DNA of 64,000 bases from Lingula anatina (lineage: Eukaryota; Animalia; Brachiopoda): contig CM120640.1 in assembly GCA_051362555.1 (NCBI GenBank), forward strand, positions 12,710,001-12,774,000. Reading direction: 5' to 3'. Shown here piece after piece: positions 55,400 through 64,000 of this stretch. The notes beneath the pieces were generated by a model. It saw only the letters and a program-made list of their open reading frames with translations, did not search any database and was not told where the DNA came from. The translations under genes and the position numbers were made by a program. Within the stretch, counting starts at the first letter, position 1, and the number at the start of each line of letters is the position of its first letter.

Positions 55400-55548
55400 T
55401 GTTGCATATTGTAATGTAATTAACATATCTCCCATAATGCATTGTTCTTTCTCTACCAGTTAGCCAGCATGGCTGGACGTGTTATGTAATAAATGAGTTA
55501 TTAAAAAAATGTTAACTTGAGTTACATAACAACAGAAAAACTACGACA
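55400..55548 (+). repeat. 3' LTR, 149 bp
   Basis: TGTTG...CGACA termini, follows the PPT, contains AATAAA at 55488-55493, and is followed by the TSD. Confidence 0.9.
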
Positions 55549-57688
55549 GCAACATGGTTAGATTTATTGGTAAGCATTTCCTTTATTACCTGTAGTTTCA
55601 ATTTATTACACATATTTCATAGTTACTTTTGGGGGGTAACAGTGAGGCTGCGCAGTAGATGGTGTTGATAATAACTATGGAAAAGACATTACTGGTGACA
55701 AAAAAAAATAATGTTTTCAGTTGCAGCAGAAATATTACTATTGATATTTGTATTTATTGCTAAATCAATACTTGTGAAGATGCTTTTATTTACAATTTAA
55801 TGTCAAGTTAAGCTTATCAGGACATGAAACATGGTTTATGTTGTCAGCTTGCAATTGATTTACACTGATTTATTGAGTAAAAATGGGAGAATATTGTTAT
55901 CAAAATTGGATCATATTCACCATGAATAATGCACTTTAGATCATATAGCAGTTATTTTCAATAACTTCTATGAAACAGTTAGAAAAGTCCTTCAAGAGTT
56001 ACCTCAAAGATTAAACCATATTAAAATGCAGGTTTCAAGTACTTTGAATAAGAAAAAGAAAACAAACAGGGTACCCCAGCAGTTAAAGGTATTATATTTG
56101 TAGATTGAATTAGGCTATTGTTCCCTTAAATTGAAACGGAGTGTCATTTTTGTGACTGAGTCAGTTTAATAGCAGTGATGTAATGCAGTATTCTATGGTG
56201 GGACGGGGGTTTTGTCAGGTGTTTCTAAAGGACCTGATTCTTTTTACTGTCAGTCTGTTGGGAGGAATGAAGAAGCGGTGATTTTGATTGAAGTAGAATA
56301 TGTCCTCCCAGTGAACTGAATAACTGGTCTTTATACTGGCAGTATTTGATTGCTTGGCTTGTTTACAGTTATTCCTCAAGTTTGTTGCCATGTGTGACTT
56401 TATTCCCAACAGGTAAGAGGAGAGGGAATGGGGGATTTACATTGGTACATAGTATGAATTTCAACATTATCAAACATATTTCACTGTGTGCTTGGTATTA
56501 GTTTTCAAGCCATTGTGAAACTTCTTTTATAGTTAACAATGTTGGAGTTGTTTTTTGCATTTTTTATATTCCTTTTTTTTTTTTCAGAAAAGATTTATGT
56601 TATTCATTGTGTAATTTAGATAGCACTATGATATCAAACCTACAGGCTTAAATCATTTGGTGGGAAACCCTGCATTTGTGAGGTTAATTCCATTTCTTAT
56701 AAACTTTTCTGATAAGTTTCTGAGCATTATCATGTAATATAAATCAGCTCCAGGTGTATGCCAATAGAAAAAAAAACATGGCCCTATGTATCTTCCTTAC
56801 ATCAGAAATGATCAGTGCACTGCAGAGATAATAAAATCCAGAACCATGGGGGGGGGGGGATTACCAGCAATGATGCAATATTGCTGTCTATAGCACCTGC
56901 ATATTGGATCAACTCTATGTGATTTATTGCACTGGATCATGGTAAATGTGACAGGTTATGAGTTGGTACCTTGTAATGAGGAAGTTTGGGAATAATGACA
57001 TAAACTGTGATAGTTTTGCTTTGTGGCAAATGGAGGATACTGTTTGAGTCTCTGTGATACTAGTTCTCTGTCACCAGTAGATTTGGGGAACAGAGTCTGC
57101 TGGTTAAGTACAGTGTATTATATGGTGTCTGTGACAACATTGAACTGAAATGAGTATTTGGGTAATGTGTTTTATTGAGCCACAGTATTATGTTAATAGT
57201 CAGCTTAAGGGGTTCTCTAGGAATATACCCCTTTTATGTATCTTAGTGCCTGTGTGAAAACAGCATGCTTTATTGCAATATATAGTTTATAGAATGCTAT
57301 AAACTGTCTGGCATTGATGTGATTCTGATGGCAAACCATTGATAAAGATACCAGGTACTGATAGGTGAAAGTGAACAGCTATATAGACATATTTGTAGCA
57401 TGAACTTATTTCATAGTTATGGACAGTATCAATCTTGCTTTCTGATGTGAAAAATTCTAAGAAGAAGGAATTTATATATTTAGATTATTTATTATTAACA
57501 TAATATATATAACTAAAAAGGAGACGTACCCGAAAACATTGAAAACTGAAGACAGATAGCTAACTGCTATATGTTTCGAGTGGCGAGTAGAATGGCATCT
57601 GAACCGTGATATAGTTAGAATTCTGTAGAGATCACTGTGGTAGCAGTCCAGCCAATACGTGCTCTGACTCTTGGTTTTGCTATTTCAG

Positions 57689-57761
57689 ATAGAGAATCTC
57701 AACACCTGCCTCACATTCCTGGCCCATCTTGGCGTCAATGTAGAAGGACTGAGTGCAAAAG
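57689..57761 (+). CDS. NAV2: Neuron navigator CH-domain exon 3
   Basis: TATTTCAG acceptor, GTAAGT donor, 73 nt. Encodes IENLNTCLTFLAHLGVNVEGLSAK (cf. NAV2 IENIDACLNFLAAKGINIQGLSAE). Confidence 0.96.
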
Positions 57762-59042
57762 GTAAGTTGTTTTATTAGATAACATTGCTTTTGTTTGGTC
57801 CTATCCTATTTGAAAAATTGCTATCCCATCTACCCCTCTCTAGTTTAGAAATTATTTTCTGCATTTAACTTTCTTCCTGTCCTGACCAGTGATACACCAA
57901 ACCTGTACCAGAAGTACCCCTGAATAGAATGTGCATGGCTGGCCCTTTTCAAATAGAACATTTCTTGACGGATGTTCCCTAATAATCTCATAATATTGAT
58001 ACCCAATATTGACTAGTTGAATTGTATAGAGGTGCCATGTAATGTAGGCTTGTTTCAATATTGAAATGTATTTAGAATAATGAGGAAAAGAATGTTGATA
58101 AATTCTATGCTGTTGTGTTGTTACCAGGAGTGTTTACTTAAATAGGAAGTATGTTTGAGTCTAAATGGTGATTTAAATGCTACAACACTTAAACATTTGT
58201 CTGTAACAATTGGTTTGGTGAAGAACAAACAGCTGTATAATGTTACAGTGTGTGGTCCCATGTTTATAGTTCTGGAGAGCCAGCCTAGCTATTATAGCCT
58301 ATTATTGTGCTTGGTTATTTTGTCTATGTTTAGGTTAAAAACAATGGCTCCTTGTCCTTCAATCTAAAGTGTCATTCGTTTTTAATAAAAGAAGGGCGTT
58401 AGTTATACCACAGCAAATCTGATTCAGAGAGGAGCAAAGATGGTGTTAGTTACATATGGCAAAAATTTAGTTTTGTTATGAAAATCATACATATGCTTGT
58501 GAAAGCCTTTATCCTAATAAAAAAGAGCTATTAGAATGCTAAAATGTGATTTATTTTGTCATTAAATCGGCTAGTAAGTGCAGATGTTTTAATAGCCTAT
58601 TCATAAATCTGTTATGTGTAACTTGGAAGGTCGCACACAGTGATATCTGTAATATTGAGCAACTGTTTTATGGGTCCACTTGCAGATTTCATTATTTGAA
58701 ACAGTTTGGTCTTTTGTATTATAACAAAGACTGAATGTGTTTTTGAAAATGACTAGTATGGAGGTGGTAATTTGTCTCCTTCATAACATGGGGGATTTTT
58801 TTCTTTACTTTTTGCCCCCCCCCCCCCCCCCCCCCAATGTTTTCAGTCAAGAGATACTTTTTTATTACTTGTATTGCAGCATAAGCTACTAACAAAATGC
58901 ATGTGGTATTAAAGGAGTATACATCATTATTGCATCACATCAACATATTTATTGTGACAATGTACATATAATTTTAGAGCACACCGGATCTTCCTTATTG
59001 ATTGGTCCAAAGTGCACATATAATATAAGAGCAGTTCACTTC

Positions 59043-59191
59043 CTTAGGTGAAAGTTTTCAGGACTATGCCTGATTTAAGGATTTTCAATCTTCATTTTGA
59101 ATGTTTCTTTTAATATGGTCCAAATGTGATGAGAAATTGCAAGTTGCATGTAGGTTTTCAGAATTTTCCATTTTTACAACTTTCGCCCATG
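59043..59191. mobile_element. Degenerate MITE remnant
   Basis: Imperfect TIRs CTTAGGTGAAAGTT... and ...AACTTTCGCCCATG (reverse complement CATGGGCGAAAGTT). Confidence 0.4.
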
Positions 59192-59538
59192 CATTCTTGT
59201 TTTCAAAAGTTAAAAAGAAACAATGAAATTTCCTTGTTTATTTTGTGATATTGTTTTCAGTATGTTTACTTAACTTGGAGACATTTTCTTTGCTGTATGT
59301 ATGATTTCCAACTTGGTGAATCTGCATTGCAAAATAAAAAATACATTTATGTTTGAAGATTTTTTTTTTTTTTTTGATTCCTTGAAGAGATCACATTTAT
59401 ATCATGTAGAATCACTCTGCGGTAAAGTGCCTTGTGATAACATTATGGATACACAAATTATCTATGGGGTGTTGAGACATTTGTTTTCCTCCTTATATAA
59501 ATTCAGTCATTTATAATTTTTAATCTTAACTTTTCCAG

Positions 59539-59722
59539 ATATAAAAGATGGCAACTTAAAGGCAATACTTGGGCTGTTCTTTAGTTTATCTCGCTTCAAA
59601 CAGCAACAGAAGCAACAACAGCAGCAGCAACAACAACAACAGGTGGTCACAAATACATCATCAACAACAAGACAAGACAGTGGCAAGGCAGCTCAAGCTA
59701 ACGGAGGGGATATGCTTTCAAG
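59539..59722 (+). CDS. NAV2: Neuron navigator exon: end of CH domain plus polyQ
   Basis: TTTTCCAG acceptor, GTAAGT donor, 184 nt. Encodes DIKDGNLKAILGLFFSLSRFK-Q3KQ10-VVTNTSS...GGDMLS; GNLKAILGLFFSLSR is diagnostic for NAV. Confidence 0.97.
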
Positions 59723-62255
59723 GTAAGTCATTTCCTAAAAAGGCTGTCGAGTGAGCCCCTCCCTCCCCCTCTCTTTCTCTCTCTCTTTTTCTTTAAAATG
59801 TTCATTGTGATTTTCTAGATCCTCTGGCATTAATGGGAAGTTTCAGAAATATTACAACAGCCCAATAAGTCATTGAGAACTGTACTGTTTCCAAGTTCTC
59901 ATTTTAAGGCTAGCCAAAATAATATTGATATTCATCTTTGGCCAAAGAGACAGGAAAGACCTGATTTTTCCCCAGCACAGCAATAGGAAATCATATCATT
60001 CAGACATCTGTCATCTCCCCAGTACAATTTCTGTATCCCATGCATTTAGACCCATCTTTGACCACAGTGACAGGAAGCACTGAACTTTTTCTTAAGATCT
60101 GGGTTCATGTTTATTGATATTACACCCTATGCAGCCAGCTACAAAAGAGAGCAGTTCTCCTAGACATCTGCCAGACACCTATAATACCTCGAATCACCTT
60201 TTTGAAAGGTCAAGGGTGTTTTACTGGGGTCAGGGAAAGTCTACTAGGGCCAGGTTGCTGGCAGGGAGCTTAATGGTCAGTTATGGCATTGTTCACATTA
60301 GTATATTACTGAGAATTTCTAAAGAAGTGTAAACATGAATATTATACCTTATATTATAAAAAAAATTATTGGGGCCTTTAAAGCTAGATGAGCATTTGAA
60401 ATTGCTTGCAAATGAAAAGTTAAGTTAAATTTTATAAACAGCATCTACAAAATCATTTGTGCCAGTTTGGTTATTTGGCAAGCACTAATTTATTTCAAGA
60501 GCATTAGCTGGTCTTCACAGTTTTCTGAGGTTATCTAGTCAGTCCATTGTGGTAGGTGGGATTATGAATGTGTTTGGAGAAGAAACATTGGTGTGATGCA
60601 TCTTATCTGCTGCATTTCATTGGACAACGAAATGAAATTTCTTTATCTCAGATTTCTAAGTCTGTTTTCCACAAAATAATCTTGTATTGAATTAGTCTAA
60701 AATCAGATGATTGAAAATATTAAGTGTGAAATTTGCTTTATTAAAGGAATAATGGAAATAATAGATATTGAAGTTTTTGATGCCACAAATATTAATGGCA
60801 ATAGTTTTAGATGTCCAATTATGATTAAACCAACAAATGAACCTAAAAATTCTTTTAATAGAAATTTAGTTAATAAGTAAGTTTTATTTATAAGAGGTCA
60901 TACTATATAAAAGAATTACATGCAGGATTGTAAGTCAAAGATTAAAGAGAATGAAATTCCCGTTGAAAAGCTGAGTGAACAGTGGGCTTGCATGGCTTTC
61001 TTGTCTGGTACTTATGGCGTTTGTGAATTTCAATTATCCCAGAGATACTTTCTGATGTCGAAGAACACTCACCAAAGTGCCTAGCTGTATTTTATTTGCC
61101 ATGTTTTGATGCTTGCAGTAGATTATTACTGTCAAAGGGATATTAACACAGGGCATCTAATTTGATATCAGGCAGATGCAAGCCACAATTATTCCACATG
61201 GTGCCTTTAACCTAAGATTTTCTATTCATAAGAGCTGAGCCCAGTCTTCATCCTATCTGTGTGGTCTTACTGACAGGAGTTGCATGTATCCTGCAATCAA
61301 ACTCTGCTCTTTTACAACCATTCTGGTGACCTGGACACCTCGGGACTAATTTGTCCTATACACCACCTGGTATACCACACAGACAGGTCTACCTGGACCT
61401 GGGGGTTTACATGATGATGATGATAATATAACTCTTTTGTTAGGTATACATTTATGAATTGTTGGTTGTTTTCGCTGGTGTTGGGGTTATCTATGAGATG
61501 GCATTAGATTTGATTTTAATACTGTGTAATGTTGCATTGAATGTCAATAGCACCATTATGATATCAATTATGTAATTGTTGGCAGTGAGTTGACATAACA
61601 TTTCAAACAAAATTTTTTAAAAAATTGAAATTGATAATTTGTATAATGGTATGAATGTGATAGATTTTATATTTGCTGCATTGGTGGACAAATTTAAATG
61701 ATACTGTTAATAATCAGTTGATGATCATTTTTGAGAAGTCCAAATAACTTCATTTCGACTTATATTTCAGTAAAATTATCATTGATTTTTTTATTTATTT
61801 TCGTGATATCCATGGATTGAAACAACTAAATGGTGTTTGTTGTGTCAGTTGCTTTCTCTAGACATTGAATAAAAGAGTACAACTCTGTGTCACGAGCGAC
61901 AAAACAAATAAAAAACAACAGCAACAAAGAAAAAGAATAAGATTAAATATCTATTAAACATGAAATCTTTTTTCACAGACAAGAGTGGCCTGTCAGAACA
62001 TGCAGGTGCTCTCATTAGTTTTCATGGAGGTGCATGTCTCAAAACTTGACGGAAATTATGTTGTCAAACATGATTATGACCCCCTGTTGTTTTAGAAAAC
62101 CATATTGCATGCACTGTCTAGTATTCAGTCATGCACAGGCCATTTGTACCACTGGGTTCAGTAATATTAATGACACCTGTCCCCTATACAGGGAAATCAT
62201 ATTTTTTATTCGTCATTTATCATAACTGACTTCCTTCTTTCTTTCATTTCCTCAG

Positions 62256-62395
62256 GTTACCCTCACCATTCAAATCTTCCAGCAAAGGCTCAATGACAAA
62301 GGAGGCACATCATCTCAATGGGGAGATCCCCAGCAACTTGAATCGTACCAGGGGCACCAGCAAGGCTGCCACCAATAATAACACCATCACCTCAG
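62256..62395 (+). CDS. NAV2: Neuron navigator exon, Ser/Thr-rich region
   Basis: Long pyrimidine tract plus CAG acceptor, GTGAGT donor, 140 nt. Phase 2 entry completes MLSR-LPSPFKSSS (cf. NAV2 MQSRLPGP); open throughout. Confidence 0.88.
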
Positions 62396-64000
62396 GTGAG
62401 TGCTGTGGGTGGGCTGAACTCTTTTTTTCCTAGGTAGTATTTTTTCTCTTTATGATAAACATTAAAAAATTTTTTGGTGAGTATCTGCTAAAAATGTTTT
62501 TCATTAGATTGCTCTATAATGAATTATGAGATACTTAAATTTTGTGTTTTTTGGTGATATTTTGTTGACTATATGTTATGAAAAACTAGCCAAAATCAAT
62601 ATGGAATGTTTTTCAAATTTGAGCTGTGTTTTTTTTTTAATTCTTATTGCATTTTTTCCATCACTATTTTATTGGCAATTAAGATGAACAGTGAAGGAAG
62701 GAGTAGTTATGGGTCTAAAATTGAGAAAAAGCAATTTTGTCAATTTAAAAGTTGTAAAAAAAGCCATAAGAAGATATGTCTGGACGTTTTGGCTCCCAGG
62801 GTCTGTTACAATGTGTTATTGTTTCTAATGATCTGTGTTGGCAAGGTCTAGTGGATTGACCCCTTGATGGAAGTTTTTTGGACATCTTAGGAACTGACCA
62901 CTGTATAACATATACTGGACATGACTCTGTAGTCTGGGAAATGTTCTTTTGACAATACCTACATTTTTATTAAGTCAAAACTATAAGTAACTCGAACTCA
63001 TCATATATTTTGCATTGTAATGTTTGTTTCTTGAAAAGACAAATTTGCATGCTTGCCTTTTATAAAATAAAATACAGCTTTAACTTTTGACTTTCTATCT
63101 GAAAAATTCCACTATAATTTTCTTTAATAAGAATTCAAATGATTTATTCTTGTCAGCAGCAATTTTGATTCAGAGACTTAGATTTGTGAAAATATAATTT
63201 GGCAGATATATCAAACTGTTGAATGATTTATTTTGAAAGAGCAGAGATTTATAGTAAAAACATGTAGTAAAAAAGAATTGTGTATTATAATCAGGTAGAT
63301 AAAACCTTGTAAAAGCACTATGACATGGTGGGACCACAGGTTGACATTAGTACCATCTTGTTCCCAGTTTGAATAGAAGCAGTCTTAAAAGCAGCATCTG
63401 TTGTCAACCTCCACCAGGCTCACAATTCATCACGACCTGCATGCAATAAAAAAAGAAGTAAATGCCAGATTACTCCAGTGAAAAAAGCAATATTTTTTCC
63501 AATGGTAACCAAATTATAAAGAAATCATATCTGGCATCTGGGGCCGGTAACAGGTGACAGATCCATGAAAATGTGATAATGCTGACAGGTGGCGTTTGGG
63601 AGTTTGAGAAGGTTATCGATCTTCAGGTCTCCGCATTTCCACTGCTGGGAGTATATGTTGTATCTCATATGAGTCAGTAATGTGTTGTGCTGTGCTGGGA
63701 AGTCAACCAGTATCTGTGAGACACTAAGCACTGGAGCATACATACATATATAGTGGTAGTTATATAAGGTCATACTACGCTGATAACCTGATTGCAAGTC
63801 CACTAGATCTTAAGTCACCTGTTTAGAAGACAGGCAACTCTGAGGACACCAATGTAACTAGAAGAACAGGAGTGTGTACTAGTGATCAGTACATTGCACC
63901 AGGTAGTCTTTGGTTTTTGATATTTTTTTCTGTGAACATTTGCATTAATTATACTGAGAACACTAGGAGACGTGAATGGCTGTTTAGTTGTTACCTATAT

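Larger units (their letters stand above)
50995..55548 (+). mobile_element. Ty3/Gypsy LTR retrotransposon (Mag-like) with intact gag-pol and asymmetric LTRs
   Basis: TG...CA termini, perfect 5-bp TSD GCAAC (50990-50994 and 55549-55553), PBS, PPT, domain order Gag-PR-RT-RH-IN. Confidence 0.95.

Noticed and set aside
50995-55548. DIRS-like classification because of the inverted termini
   Set aside because: Encodes a DDE integrase and protease and has a TSD, PBS and PPT; no tyrosine recombinase seen.
55400-55554. Alternative 3' LTR boundary TGTTGC...GCAACA (perfect 6-bp inverted repeat)
   Set aside because: The 5' copy ends at CTACGACA directly before the PBS, and GCAAC also precedes the left end, so GCAAC is better explained as the TSD.
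10143-58835. Poly-C/poly-G runs (10143, 12793, 27867, 33660, 56848, 58815) as G-quadruplex signals
   Set aside because: Common homopolymers, some within MITE relics; lengths are error-prone in assemblies.
293-63803. The many 60-145 aa ORFs in the supplied track
   Set aside because: No recognisable domains; many start at TTG/GTG or translate microsatellites; expected by chance in AT-rich intron. Only 51174-55100 is a real ORF, and 30649-30882 overlaps a candidate exon.
1-64000. tRNA/rRNA genes, CRISPR arrays, prokaryotic operons
   Set aside because: None seen; the sequence is spliceosomal-intron-rich eukaryotic DNA.

Overview
Eukaryotic (metazoan, probably invertebrate/lophotrochozoan-like) AT-rich, CpG-depleted genomic DNA that is mostly intronic. 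It holds the 5' part of a + strand neuron navigator gene (NAV2/NAV3/unc-53/sickie family). Five phase-consistent exons (35834-35951, 41865-41917, 57689-57761, 59539-59722, 62256-62395) encode the calponin-homology (CH) domain, a polyQ tract and the start of the Ser/Thr-rich region; the gene continues past the window end. Several candidate alternative 5' exons lie upstream. The intron between CH exons 2 and 3 holds a young, sense-oriented Ty3/Gypsy (Mag-like) retrotransposon (50995-55548) with an intact 1308-aa gag-pol ORF, tRNA-Leu PBS, PPT and a perfect 5-bp TSD (GCAAC). Its most unusual feature is LTR asymmetry: the 3' LTR is a normal 149 bp, but the 5' LTR is only 64 bp, lacks U3, and starts with an inverted copy of the U5 end, so the element has U5-type ends on both sides. 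The rest is MITE-like palindromes, degenerate repeats and microsatellites. All other ORFs in the supplied track look spurious. No database searches were run; family calls rest on recognised motifs.
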